DNA from: Octopus bimaculoides
Taxonomy: Eukaryota
Length of the DNA: 48,244 nt
NCBI RefSeq assembly: GCF_001194135.2
Contig: NC_068987.1
Location: 367,723-415,966, forward strand
Reading direction: 5' to 3'
A program made the position numbers and the translations under genes. Each line of letters starts with the position of its first letter. Position 1 is the first letter of the stretch. Positions 25,594-38,480 of this stretch are shown piece by piece. The notes below the pieces were generated by a model. The model was given only the letters and a program-made list of their open reading frames with translations. It was not told the DNA's origin and searched no databases.

Positions 25594-25795
25594 GTGGCAG
25601 GNNNNNNNNNNNNNNNNNNNNNNNNNNNNNCCCCCCCCCCCCGAAAATGCGAAATCTATCAATGTTTACATAGTGTGTAATGTTTTTGTGCATAAGTGAG
25701 TTTGAGAGTATGTGTGTGTGTGTGTGTGTCAACGACGAGTGCCTGGCTGTACGTGAAGATAATGTAATCGATGTCTCTCTCTCTCTCTCTCTTGT

Positions 25796-25827
<32 letters not shown>

Positions 25828-25904
25828 AACGTACACACATACACACTCAAAACAACAACAAATACAAAATATTGAATAACAAGAAATTTGGAATGAAAGA
25901 GAGG

Positions 25905-25918
25905 ATTAGAAAGGGAAG

Positions 25919-25954
<36 letters not shown>

Positions 25955-26250
25955 CGTAAGTAAAGTGATAGAGAAGGGCGGTAAAGATACTTGTGGTGGA
26001 AGTAAGAGGAGTGAATGAGTAGGGAGAGAGAGGGGAGAAGTGATATGAGGAGAGAGGGGTGGAAAGAGGGAGAAGAAAGAGTGAAGAGTGAGAGTGTGAG
26101 TGGTGATGTAAGTACGGGAGAAGGTAGAGGTAAGTGAGAGAATGAGAAAGAGAGAGAGTGGGAGGAGACGGCATCAGTCAGTCGCGGCACCAACAGTATC
26201 ATCATCATCATCATCATCATCATCACCGCCATCATTACCGCCATCATCAC
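25905..26250. repeat. Polypurine (GA-rich) tract followed by (CAT)n
   Basis: Direct inspection. Confidence 0.85.
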
Positions 26251-26273
26251 TTAAGAACATAAGTGGATGACTT

Positions 26274-26405
26274 GAGGAAGATTTAGCTATTATTTCTAGC
26301 AGGCAGAGTAAGATGACGATGAGGATGGGTTGTGATGTTGTTTAACCCTAGGTCTGCAGTAACCTACATGACCTATGCTCAAAGACACTCCAGCTTTGAC
26401 CACTG
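26274..26405 (+). mobile_element. Repeat D: 3' motif of one copy followed by the 5' part of the next
   Basis: GATTTAGCTATTATTTCTAGCAGG, then GTTGTTTAACCCTAGGTC...GACCTATGCTCAAAGACACTCCAGCTTTGACCA. Confidence 0.55.
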
Positions 26406-27388
26406 GGGGGAATCTCTGTTCTGTGACGGCAGCGGCGGCAGAGGTGGTGGCGGAGACGGTGGTAAATATGAGGATGGAGGCGGTGGTGGATGAAGATGGA
26501 GGGCGACCATTGATGGTTAGGGCGGCGTTGCAGATGAAGTTGATGGTGGTGGTGGCGGTGGTGATGTTATTAGGCCAAGTCAGTGACGACGGTGAAGGGA
26601 GAATGGTAGCAGGGTGAGATGGTGGTAGTGGGAGTGTGGTTGTAGAGGTGGAAGTGGTGGTGGTGTTTGGGGGGGGGGGAGGTGAAGAGAAACAGCTTCT
26701 CGGCTGTTGTTGTTGTGACAGTGGAAACAGAATCTTTCTTTAATTGTAACCAAGACTGCACCATGTCCACCTCGGATACCAGCTCCAACGTAACATAGCG
26801 GCAAAACCCCTCTCTCTATATACATACATATATATATATCTTATATATTTGTGTATATATTTAAGTATATATATATATATATATCTAGGCACAAACACAT
26901 GTATGATTACACATACGTAAATAACGGGAGAACTACAACTGTATATAGATATACACACTGGACATAAGAAGAGGTAAGATTGGATATACAATTACATTTT
27001 GCATTTTAATTACATATGATTGTGTGTGTGTGTGTGCATATATATACATATTTATACATCTCTACCTCTCTCAATATATATATATATATACACATACATG
27101 CATAGTTGGCCAGGTGCCCATTGTCAATAATAGAAGAGTACTTGTGATAGCTTATAACTGGTACTTTATGTTTATCGACACCAGATGAAATTATTGGTCC
27201 ATACATAGGGGGTTTGCACTATTGACCCCCGGCTGAGCAATGTCTTGTGGTTCCCCTACAAGTAGAACTACAGCGTACGTAGATTTGCATTGGGTCCCTA
27301 GACCGGAGGAGGCCCCCCGACAAATAAATGCCCATTGTAACCGATGCCTTCAGGCTGTTCTGCATGTATACACACACACACACACACG

Positions 27389-27435
<47 letters not shown>

Positions 27436-28728
27436 TACACACAGTGTTCGCGTTGCTCTGTCCACTCATTCATTCGTAAATGACTATATGCGTACATTTA
27501 ATGGTAATATATGTATATCTATTTAAATGTCTCTGAATGCATATATCATGTATACATAAATATGCTGTTTATATATATACACACACTCATATATATAGAT
27601 GTCTATACATACACACACACAGAAGTGCACATTCAGTTGGCACGAACATTGGCTATATAATATATATGTTTCCCTTCTCCTTTCAATCCCAACAGGTTTG
27701 TTGCTTTTATCTCAAATATAAACAATTTAATATTAAACTGAATAATCACTCCATACTTGTGAGAGAACATATTTATTAAACTTTTACTCGGAACAGGGGC
27801 TGACACCATCGTTATACATGTATCGTAGCACACAAGACATGCAAACATGTGTTATCGTTTGGTCCCGGGCCAGTTTAGACCATAGGAGGAGTAGTAGTAG
27901 GAGCTGTGAATTGCAGGCCCATCTGGTCTTTGAATCAGTCACAGTGTATCTAGGGCTACATTATTTACTGACACCTTCTTATAAGTCTTGTTTTGTGTTT
28001 ATGATTTGATAGCAATGTGTTATTTCTAGCAAGTCGAGTAACAACTCTTTAACGTTCTNNNNNNNNNNNNNNNNNNNNNNNNNNNNNNNNNNNNNNNNNN
28101 NNNNNNNNNNNNNNNNNNNNNNNNNNNNNNNNNNNNNNNNNNNNNNNNNNNNNNNNNNNNNNNNNNNNNNNNNNNNNNNNNNNNNNNNNNNNNNNNNNNN
28201 NNNNNNNNNNNNNNNNNNNNNNNNNNNNNNNNNGGGGGTGATTGGCGCGGGAATGGACAAGAGAGGAGGCAGAAGGTGGTTGGGCAGGGGCCGGGGAGGG
28301 TGAGGATGTAGGGGTCTCTGTTAGAAAGTAGGGGTGATAGGATGGTAATAATAATGAAGTGAGCGAGCGAGTGGGGGGGGGTTATGGGAGTTACAGAAAA
28401 TTTGAGTGGAAAATAAGAAGGAGAGAGAATTAGAGAAACGGAGGAAGAGGTAGAAAGGGAGAGAGAGAATAGAGAAGGGGTAAGGAAAAGAGAGGGAGAG
28501 GGGGGGACGGAGGAATTCTGGTAAACCCCAAAATAATCCACCAAAACAAACAGCTCTTCTCACCCTGCCATTGCAGTCGTGTTTCAGTGCGTGTGTGTTT
28601 GTGTGTATATAAATATATATCTTCGTATATTTATAGATATTTTCCCATGCGTAAATGCGTGTTCGTACTTAAGTGCATTTCTTGTACTATTTTGATAGAG
28701 ATGTGTGTGTGTGTGTTTATATGTGCAA

Positions 28729-29113
28729 GCTGTGTGGTAAGTAGCTTGCTTACCAACCACATGGTTCCGGGTTCATTCCCACTGCGTGGCACCTTGGGCA
28801 AGTGTCCTCTACTATAGCCTCGGGCCGACCAAAGCCTTGTCAGTGGATTTGGTTGGCGGAAACTGAAAGAAGCCCGGCGTATATATATATATGTGTTTGT
28901 GCGTATATGTTTGTGTGTCTGTGTTTTGTCCCCCCAACATCGCTTGACAACCGATGGTGGTGTGTTTACGTCCCCATAACTTAGCGGTTCGGCAAAAGAA
29001 ACCGATAGAATAAGTACTAGGCTTCCAAAGAATAAGTCCTGGGGTCGATTTGCTCGACTAAAAGGCGGTGCTCCAGCATGGCCGCAGTCAAATGACTGAA
29101 ACAAGGAAAAGAG
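28729..29113 (+). mobile_element. Best-preserved full-length SINE family A copy (tRNA head, internal TA/TG microsatellite, body, LINE-like tail)
   Basis: GCTGTGTGGTAAG (A-box), GGTTCATTCCC (B-box-like), internal microsatellite, and tail GGCGGTGCTCCAGCATGGCCGCAGTCAAATGACTGAAACAAG. Resembles the tRNA-derived SINEs reported from octopus. Confidence 0.9.
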
Positions 29114-29719
29114 TATATATATATATATATGTATATACACACGCACGCGCGCAATTCCCTAAAGATACGTTCGTGTCTATCTCTAGATGTATTTATTGTC
29201 TCTTTATCGCCTACATGGTCACTAAATATGCTAAAAATAGCAGTCAAATCTCACCAACATTGTTAAAAGGAATGATCCACATGCTAGTTCCAAAGATTTC
29301 TCTCTCTGTCCGGAGTTTTGAATCAAGATGAAGCTGGGACTAAAACAACTACAACGCTTGTTTCCACCACCACCACCACCACCACCACCACCACTACCAC
29401 CACCACTACACGGACTTTCCATCCGAAGATGGACGATGAAGAAAAAGGGATCAAAGAGTAAATGAAGTTGGATTGCTTTTTGTGGTTTAGTGAGGAGGAA
29501 AGGGCATTGATGATGATGATGATGAACTTAACAGGGCCTCAGAGACGGGGGGAGGGAGAAGGAAAGTGTCCGCCAAATACTTGCAAAAGAGTGAACTCCG
29601 TTAAAAGTCCCCCCCCCCCNNNNNNNNNNNNNNNNNNNNNNNNNNCCCCAGGTGATGGCGTTAAACCGGGGGCAGCAGATAAGCCATGTTCTAAACCATG
29701 GCAGGATATGAAGTGAGAA

Positions 29720-29835
29720 AGTAAAAAGTCAATACAAATGCTGGTCGAAAGTTAGTTGACTTCGGCAGGATTTGAACTCAGAATTCAGGGCTTAGATATC
29801 GCAAAACATTTCATCCGAACCTCTAACGATTGTCA
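29720..29835 (-). mobile_element. SINE family B, decayed
   Basis: GTTGACTTCGGCAGGATTTGAACTCAGAA...CTAACGATT. Confidence 0.6.
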
Positions 29836-30604
29836 TGTTCTTTCAATGCCTATACCTTGTTTGAATGCCTGGCTATTATTGAGTCCTGCTTTTATGTCGG
29901 CTGTTTTGGTTGGGATGTTGTTAGTCCAGAGATCCGTTCACGACATCGACCGCCATCATGTAAATTAAAAAAAAAAAATAATAATTAAAAAGTATAATTA
30001 ATAAAAAACTTTATTGATTTTGAAACGATTTCTCCGTTCTTTTGGGTTTTCACGACTTTCCAATAAGAAATATTTTAAGAAATTTATTGAAAATACCTAA
30101 CGAAATCGATAAAGACCAATAAAAATGTATTGATGTAGTGGGGATATCGTCCGTTAGGGGTAGCCACATGGATCCACTCCCTTCTGGTGTGGGATGGGAC
30201 CAATTATTGCCTACTTCGTTAACCTCAGAGTAAAAGAAGGGATTTGATATTTGTTCTGGCTTCCGTCCATCCTCCAGTTTAATATTTGCTTTCACTTTCA
30301 ATAATCCCATTAGTTTCGAGAATTTCGTTTGGCGGCGCCGGCGAATAGCTTTGTTGATTTTTCCATTTCAGTGTGTGTGTGTATATGTGGTTATATATTG
30401 GGTAGCAATGTAATTGTTGTTTGTGGTGACCCGTGAGTTAATATTTTTCTCAATAATTTTATAAACGACTTGATACAGTCACGATTGATGAATGGCGATA
30501 TTGATGCTGGACTAAACTGAGTTTTAGACTTATTCAGCAATTTCACTGGAAGTTAGAATATCTACCCTACCAAAAAAAAACCCCAAATATGCAAGCGGGG
30601 GTGC

Positions 30605-30760
30605 GTGATTAAAAAAAAAAAAGCTTGCTTTGAAATCACGTAGGTTTCTAGTTTAGTCCCACTGCGCGGCACATTGGGTAAAACACGTCTTGTGTTGACC
30701 AATGCCTTGTGAGCAAACTTTATAGGCGAGAATTGTGTCGAAGTCTGTCGTATATAACGT
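30605..30760 (+). mobile_element. SINE family A head, decayed
   Basis: AGCTTGCTT...TAGTCCCACTGCGCGGCACATTGGG...GACCAATGCCTTGTGAG. Confidence 0.65.
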
Positions 30761-31109
30761 GTGTGCGGGATCTTTCTGATTTGGCGGACACCATTTTTTA
30801 TTTAGTGTGTTTTCTACTGAAACACTTTAAAACTTCGTATACTTGTATATTTTGTCTTATAGAACTGTTGACCAGTCAGATTACTTCTGTGGAGAAACAA
30901 CATTAAATAACTTGGCCATCATTCGAGTATTTTATTGTGACTAATATCGAAATTTTGTAGTTTGTGTGATTTATTGAACACTGAAAACATATCTACCGTG
31001 TGTGTGTGTGTGTGTGTGTGTGATGTACAACAATTAGCAACAGAGGCAGTATTAATAACTAAAGCCAATCTTTATATCTAGCTTTAACATGGAGGTTTTG
31101 TTAGGACAT

Positions 31110-31255
31110 CGAATGCTGTGGTATTAAACCTTGAGATGACCTTTCGTATGGACGCATGGTGCACAAAAGCACATGTTCATGTCGTTGGCAAACGAGAATC
31201 GTCTGCTACGAGCACCAGAAGAGCTAGATCACCTGATTTCAATCTACTGCACCTC
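31110..31255 (+). mobile_element. Very decayed Tc1/maT catalytic-domain fragment
   Basis: FVWTHGAQKH (cf. F..QQDGAP.H) and ARSPDFNLL (cf. WPARSPDLNPL) in different frames. Confidence 0.3.
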
Positions 31256-31879
31256 ATCAGTAACAGCCGTCTGCTTTCACTAATAATTATTATCATTTTT
31301 TAAAGCCTGCTGGCTATTTGCGATATTAGCACCTGAAAAGTGACTGGAATTTTAGACATGGTTAATTGTGAGATTTAATTGGTATTCATCAACCGATATA
31401 ATCAGTGCTTTTTAACACCTAAAGTCTATACGGAGATGATTTCCGAGGACGATCCCCGCAGTCTACACCGTTCAAACATACACATCCCAAGTTAAGCTGG
31501 ATGTGCAAATTAATATTCGTTACAAAGACAACTTCTGTCTCTAATTACTATGAATAAATCTATTCATTCTAATATATAAGTATGAAGAGATATATGTGTA
31601 TGTGTGTGCACACACATACACCACACACACACACACACTTTATTCAGTCATTGGATAGTTGCCATGCTGGGGCACCACATTCAAAGGATTTTATTTGAGA
31701 TTGTATTGATTCAATATTTATTTGTCTAATGAATATTTTATTGATCTACACTTTTTATCGATAAGTTATGCCTTTTAACATAAAACTACATTTTAGGTCG
31801 CTAAACATAAAACACATTACATATATTACATGGCCTCAGTCCAATCTAAAAGCACACACACACACATTATGGTGTTTGT

Positions 31880-32070
31880 GCCTGAGGACGGTGACCTCTG
31901 CAAACACCACTCTTCACCACACACTGCGATGGTCTGGTCCTGCAGCCGTCCCCACACCCCCACCAATGTCCTCCCCCCCCGTCCAGTCTTTGACATTACC
32001 GTTCCACCCTCGTCTTTGTCCACTCACGACCCTGTTTGCATTCCACTCAGCCCTTCACGATGTGCACACA
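31880..32070 (-). mobile_element. RTE (BovB-like) LINE 3' fragment
   Basis: Minus strand GWNGNVKDWTG...LQDQ...QRS matches the RTE C-terminus KRW.DNIKEWTG...AQDR..W...QR. Confidence 0.5.
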
Positions 32071-32147
32071 CAAGTTTTTGACGCAAAAATATTGTCAGGA
32101 CTGAAATCGTTCGTTCTTCATGTTGCTCTCTCTCTCTCTCTCTCTAG

Positions 32148-32300
32148 TTGTTGTTTAGTCCCAGGCCACCGCTGGTGTAACTGACCAATTTTCCTTCCAG
32201 CCGTGACCATCTCGTTGCTTTGGGTCGTATCTATCTTTTTCTCTCTCTTTTTTTTTCAAGGCGGTGGGTGTATGACTTGACTGCTATTTCTAGCATGGTA
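32148..32300 (+). mobile_element. Repeat D, single copy
   Basis: GTTGTTTAGTCCCAGG...TTCCAGCCGTGACCATC...GACTTGACTGCTATTTCTAGCA. Confidence 0.6.
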
Positions 32301-32506
32301 AGGAATGGGTTGGATCTCTGCCAGTGTGTGTGTGTGTGTGTTTTATGCACGTTCTATGCGTGTAGGTGTGTGTGTCACCTGTTACACATCTGCGTTGCAC
32401 CTCCCCCATCCCGTCACTGTACTTTAAATGTAGGGCGGTGTTTTCGGCATTTTTTTGTTATACCAAAGAATAACGTCCTACTTACAGAATACAGGGTGAT
32501 GAGAAG

Positions 32507-32552
<46 letters not shown>

Positions 32553-33831
32553 CTGTCGTTTATATGTCTTTCTAATTATGAGAATGTTTGGTCTTCAGTC
32601 CCCACCTTATTCAGATTTCCTAATTAAATTCTGTGATTTGTTTATTAATTAAAACTTTCATTCCCAGTTGTGTGTATATGTTTATTTCTTTTCAGCAATT
32701 CTAGTCTTCTACCGACCATTCTCCATTCCTATACATTTTACAGACTCTCTCATCTTCAACAAACACAGCGAGGTCCATGCTTCGCTGATGAATTCATCAG
32801 ACCGAATCATGTTTAGAGTCGTCTCCCATGTTTAGCCATCACTCAAGCGAGTACAAGGTGATAGCTGGTTCCATGATTTAGCCTATTTGTTTAGGGACCT
32901 ACGGAGTCACGGGGAGAGAGAGCTACTCACCACGAAACGGTGACTGTATCTATTCGTGGCGACACGGATATTACGTTTTTCCCGGCTTGTAATGATTTCA
33001 ACTTAGCTTTTTAATGCCCCATGTTAACCTTAACTTATCAAGCTGTCTCATTATTTCTCGGCCTTCATGAAACCCTCTGAGACGGGTGGTATCCATATTG
33101 AGCGGTGGCAAGCTAAAATATACAGGAAGAATTATGTAGATGGGCAGCGAAGGGATTTCAAGAGGCAGACGTTTGGTGAACCGATGGCAGTGGTAGTGTT
33201 GGTGGTGTAGTAAGATACTATGGGTAAAAGAAAAAAAAAACGGGAGGGTTTAGGTGGTGGTATGTGATTAGATAGCTCCTAAGAGAAGAGGTTATTGAAA
33301 TAGTAGTAGAGAAGGAGGAGGAGGAGGAGGAGACGGTGCCGTCTGTTGGATCTTGTTTGTGAGCGACCTCTGGACAATTAGAAAATCGTTCCTTCCTCCT
33401 GTTGATGTCTTAAGATGAGTGTATGTGTAGCAACAACACTATCCTGAATATTGGAGCTGTGTCCAAGTGTGGGTCCTTCATTCGAGGGTCAATAAGTTTA
33501 GCGCATGTCCGTCCTGTTCAACGATGCGTCTTGGAGTTGTTCGCTCAACAGAACTCATTGTCTGAGTATATTCCAGATGCCATTTGTACTTCAGGTAGAA
33601 ACAGTGTGAGCACGGTGTCTATGGAGGCCAGCTCTTTGAATTTCAGCTCCAGTCCATCCGACGGATTGCCATCTCTCCAGATAACAAGGTTACGGTTGAC
33701 TTTGAACTTTATTATACATATTGCTGCCATCTTTAACCGTTTCTAATTCTAAGGAATTCTGCAGATTATTGATTTGTTTTCTGATATATATAGCGACAGA
33801 GAGAGAGAGAAGTAGGTAAAGTGGTACATAT

Positions 33832-33872
<41 letters not shown>

Positions 33873-34126
33873 AGTTAGGTAAATATGAATAGGATTACCT
33901 AAGCTCCATTACAAGGTTAACTCCCGCCCCAGCTACAGCTGGTAGTGAGTGTGAATTAAGCATAGCTAAATGAAATTCCTTTCTGAAGGGTACAACATGC
34001 TGCCCAATTCTAGAATCGAAAGCGCGATCTAATGACCGCGAGCTTTACACCCAAGCCACTATGTCATACTCCTTCAGACACACACACATTAATATAATTA
34101 GCAGTGTCTCTCCAGCTTCTCAGGCT

Positions 34127-34180
<54 letters not shown>

Positions 34181-35942
34181 CCCCCTCTCTCTATCCTCCC
34201 TCTCTCTCTCTCTCCTGCTATAATTCTTTTACTGTTGGTGAATTTCGCAACGCTGACGGCTTCGATTTGTTGAAAACCGAATGCCATACGTTAAACATAA
34301 TTCGATAGACCAAGTCCGAAAGATGCACCGGACCACATTCGATATAATCAACGAAAAATAAATAAATCGATAGATAAATAAAACATTTTAAAAATCCCCT
34401 TGAATGCATGCCCCAGCGTGGCCGCAGTCCAGTGCTTAAGAAAGAATTTACAAACCCTATGGTTATAAAGGCAAACTTTGTTAATCCGATTAGCGGAGCT
34501 TATACTAATCTTTGAGTTATTTCGAAGGTAGGGGTTAGTAGACCAATCAAACTAAAACATGAGGATGTGAAGGTCAGTATCGTTGGCTGTTGAGCTTTTG
34601 TGATCGCTTGGCTCAAAATTAACCACTGAAAGAGCCGACCTATAATCAGAGCAATTCTAGATGTTGTTACCATTATGTGTTTTGGACTGCATTATTGATG
34701 GCTCCTTCCTAACTTTAAGACGGCAGAGTATGATTTGATAAGAAAATCACGAAAAATACATTCGTTTAGATAATAGATATCTTGTAATAGTCTCCATAGC
34801 AACACTGGCTTAACTATTATTTTTCATGCTGATGGTGTCATTGAATTAATCACTTATGAGGCCGAGAGTTCTGAGAATGTGTGTGTGTTGAAGCTTTACC
34901 TCGTGGTGGTGGTGGTGATGATGGGGGTGAGATTGTTTAGTAAGACCCTGTCTTTAAAATTGTGAAAAATATTTGAGATCGTTGTCATAAACAACTCGTC
35001 AACCGTTTTGTTTAATACTTCCAGTTTCAAACATTTCACAAATGGTGTGACATCTCCTCTTCTTTCCCTCCTCTTCCCTGTGAAACTGCTGACTTTGTCA
35101 TTAAATTGGTGGTGGTGGTGATAGGGGGGGGGAAACCACCGACGAAAGACTATTGTTGATCAGTGTTAAACGTGCAATCTACGTTTAGTGTCGGTTGGAA
35201 GTCATTAACTCTTCTTTGGTTGTTCACAATAAGCTGCGTGTGAAGACAACAATGACTACACAAATGGTTTATGTATTTTTATTAACCCACATCCTTTATA
35301 TTTACGTTTAGATACAAATATTTGATTTATTGTAACAACATTCTTGAAACAACAAACATAACAGTTAAGAATCTTGTGTCGTACGACATGCAATATAATT
35401 TAATGAAAATAGTTTTCAGTTTTTGTATTTGGTTTGCAAGATTCTTAATGTGAAATGGCGTTGTGAAACAAATCTTGTGTTTTGGGAGGGTCAGTGACAT
35501 GCTCTCTCTCTCTCTCTCTTCAAGGTGACTCAGGGTAGACCTTAAAGAGAGGAAGCATATCATTGAAGAGGCCGCGAATAGCGACGAAATGACTTTGGCA
35601 AACAAACGATTGATCGTTTAACCGGCACATTAAACAAACGACTGATCAGTTAGCTGGTTAGATATTCAACCATTTCGCATACAAAGAAGTGATATTGAAC
35701 CAGTGCGTGTATTGTTATTATTATTGGCGTAATGACCCAAGACAGTAAAAAAAAGTTCATAGTTATTGAAGACCAAATAAGTAGACAGTTAAAACTACCG
35801 CATTTAAGTAATGTTGTACGTGTGAGTCGAGATTACACCTGAAGGTTTGATACCTTTTGTCGAATAAGACACAAACATGTTGAGTAAAAGAGAGTACCGG
35901 ACCATCTGACAGAGCAAAGCGGCGGCATAAGCTTTTGTGTGT

Positions 35943-36099
35943 GTGTATGACGGGCTTCTTTCCGTTTCCGTCTACCAAATCCACTCACATGGCTTTGGTC
36001 GACCCGAGGTTGTAGTTGAAGAAACTTGCTCAAGGAACTGAATCCGGAACCATGTGGTTGGGAAGCAAGCTTCTTACCACACAGCCACTCCTGCACCTA
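35943..36099 (-). mobile_element. SINE family A head
   Basis: Reverse complement reads GGTGCAGGAGTGGCTGTGTGGTAAGAAGCTTGCTTCCCAACCACATGGTTCCGG...GGATTTGGTAGACGGAAAC. Confidence 0.85.
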
Positions 36100-37374
36100 T
36101 AGGGCTGTAATTATATATACTCTGTCTGTCTATTTGTTTGTGAGTTTATATGTATATAGCTGTATGTAAATTTGTGTATAGGTGTGTCGATGTTTATATT
36201 ACATAATGCTTATGTATACAAACAAATACAATCAAATAACGAACGTCGACAGACAGACAGACTGCAATAAAGTGTTTATCTTCGTTACAGTTTAGTTTAC
36301 ATTATTAACACCAGAAAATATTCTTGAGAATATTCCAGAAATGTCTGGGAGTGATGCTGCCCAACAATGGCTTTACTATAGAAGAGGTAAATGGGGTTTA
36401 AAGAGATCCTGACCATATATAGCGGTGTAAAATAATCGCTAAGTTTGGGATGCTTTATCAGAGGAAACTGACCTTATCAGTGAATGGCAAGTTTACGTAA
36501 ATAGGGGTGAGGTATTCATTCGGTTATTTCTAGAATGTTCATGTCATACAGAAATTCTGGGTTCCATTGAAATACGTTAGCGAATCAAAGCTTATCGGGT
36601 GCGAGATTAAATTTGTGTCTTGTTGATGTGTTAGAAGTCTTGGTCGTATATCCTTCAAATCACTCTATACAGCCTTAAATGGAATACTGCTTGCTTCTGC
36701 ATCCATGGAAAAAAACAAAACAAAAACCATTCGACTGATTAGTATTCAGTTCCTCACCAAACGTTCTCCAACCTTTGGACTTGCTGTGTCTCCGCTCTCT
36801 TCTTCTCTGCCATTACTCCATTGACCTCTCTTCAGACTCACTCATCCCTCTTCTTGTCATGTCCTCACCACAAAGCCCAGTCCTTCCGTCCGAGAACGTT
36901 TTCTCTCTCTGGAATAACTTTCTGCCTATATCCCCGCCCGCTGTAGTCGTCCCTTGTTCAAAAACATTAGCTATGACTACCCCCACCTCTCCTGGAAGGC
37001 TTGAGAAAGGCTATGGGTCCGACCCTTCATACAATACCATCAAAGACACGTTAGATAATGTCCTTGATAAGGGTGGTCACGGCCGGAAAATCTTTCATCA
37101 CAGAAATAGGTTCAGGAAGTGCACCAGTAATGCCTGGCTCCTTAATAAACCATCGCTACCCCGGTAGAATATTGTTTATTAAGATAAGCAGCAGCGACCT
37201 CATCCTTTTGGATGTTTGGTGATGAGAGTATGATTGATTTATATCGACCCCAATATATGACTGGTACTTTTACTGACACCCCTTCCCCCAAAGGAGGAAA
37301 GACGTATTTGGCCTCACCTGGATAAAAAATTTAGAACTTAAAGTTTATAATAATAATTATTAATAATAATAATC

Positions 37375-37562
37375 TTTTCTACTCTGGGGAGGGGACCAGA
37401 CGATTAGATGGACCCCAGTACGCAGCTGGTACTTAATTTATTGACCCCGAAAGAATGAAAAGCAAAGTCGACCTCAGCAGAGTTTGAACTCAGAACATAG
37501 GGACGGGTGAAATGCTGCCAAGCATTCCGCCCTGCGCGCTAACCATTTTGCTACCTCGCCCC
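37375..37562 (-). mobile_element. SINE family B
   Basis: CTGGTACTTAATTTATTGACCCCGAAAGAATGAAAAGCAAAGTCGACCTCAGCAGAGTTTGAACTCAGAAC. Confidence 0.85.
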
Positions 37563-37703
37563 CTTTAGTAATAATAATGAGAAGAATAATCTTTCGAACT
37601 TTCGCGACTATTTCCCTCTCAATGTACTTTTTCGATGATCTGTTAAAAAAAAGTAAGGTGGACTTCAGGCAAAACAACTTTTCGTATTAAAAAAAAACAA
37701 AAA

Positions 37704-37742
37704 AAAAAAACGCGTTTTAAACCCGTTTATCATCAGTTTTCT
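37704..37742 (-). ncRNA. Degenerate minimal type-I hammerhead-like motif
   Basis: Minus strand AAAA-CTGATGA-T-[AAAC-gg-GTTT]-AAAA-CGCG-TT-TTTT. The G12 position is A; palindromic ACGCGT would form stem III. Confidence 0.2.
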
Positions 37743-38374
37743 ACTGAAACCCATTGCGCATGTAGTTTTTAAGTAATTAGAAATAATCAAAGATTTGATT
37801 AATTATTCAGGGATTTGATAAAATAAAACTTCTTCGTTCCACTTCCTCCACTTCCTTCTTCGTTTTCTTCTTCTTCCTTCTCCTGCCCCTTCTTCTTCAT
37901 CAATTACATTTACATCTAAGATGCCTCAGTAGGTGAGGTTACTCTTTCCCCACTTTTGAGGGGGACTGATTCAGATATTAAGTTGATAAGAACAGATACT
38001 CGACTTTGATCTTAACCAAAAACACCAAAACGACGCTGGGTATTTGGAACCCAACTCAACTAAAAGCTTCTTACATTACATCATCAGAGAAGGTTTCACT
38101 AGTTTAATAAACCATTTACAACAGCAGTTTTTTGTATGAAAGAACCAGGGTTGGCCCCATGCGTCTTCTTCCATGGACTCCAACATATTATTGTGTCAGA
38201 CACTGTGTCTTTCAAAGCTGTTAATATCTCGGATCACTGCTCCTCCTCACACATCTACTGTAGCCATTGGGGTTTATACCGCCGTTCATCTACCCCTGAA
38301 AGTAGAAGCAGCATAACATACATTCCTTAGGGATCCTTACCCATAGTTTCTGTTTTGAAGAAGTTTGAGATACA

Positions 38375-38480
38375 TGACTAGTATTTTAATTTATCCCGGA
38401 AGGACGAATGGTAAGATTAGTCTCGGCGGGATTTGAACACAGAGCGCCGAGATAAAAGCATTCTGCCACTCGCAGACTTA
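38375..38480 (-). mobile_element. SINE family B, decayed
   Basis: CTAGTATTTTAATTTAT...CTCGGCGGGATTTGAACACAGAGCG. Confidence 0.5.

Noticed and set aside
26375-26700. ORFs rich in A/V/M/G/H/P
   Set aside because: Derived from degenerate (GGT)/(GAT) low-complexity DNA plus a repeat D fragment.
33423-33746. Overlapping 107-aa and 61-aa ORFs in a repeat-poor stretch
   Set aside because: No domain recognised; there is only a faint resemblance to an RTE C-terminus, too weak to call.
22263-36099. tRNA-like A/B-box sequences as tRNA genes
   Set aside because: They are SINE heads: no complete cloverleaf, and each is followed by SINE body sequence.
36775-37167. 130-aa ORF; possible decayed Penelope RT (WNNF, AMG...PSY fragments)
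   Set aside because: The motifs are scattered across frames and too degenerate; a profile-HMM search would be needed.
38136-38360. Possible RTE endonuclease remnant on the minus strand (YVGVHG...)
   Set aside because: A single short motif; insufficient support.
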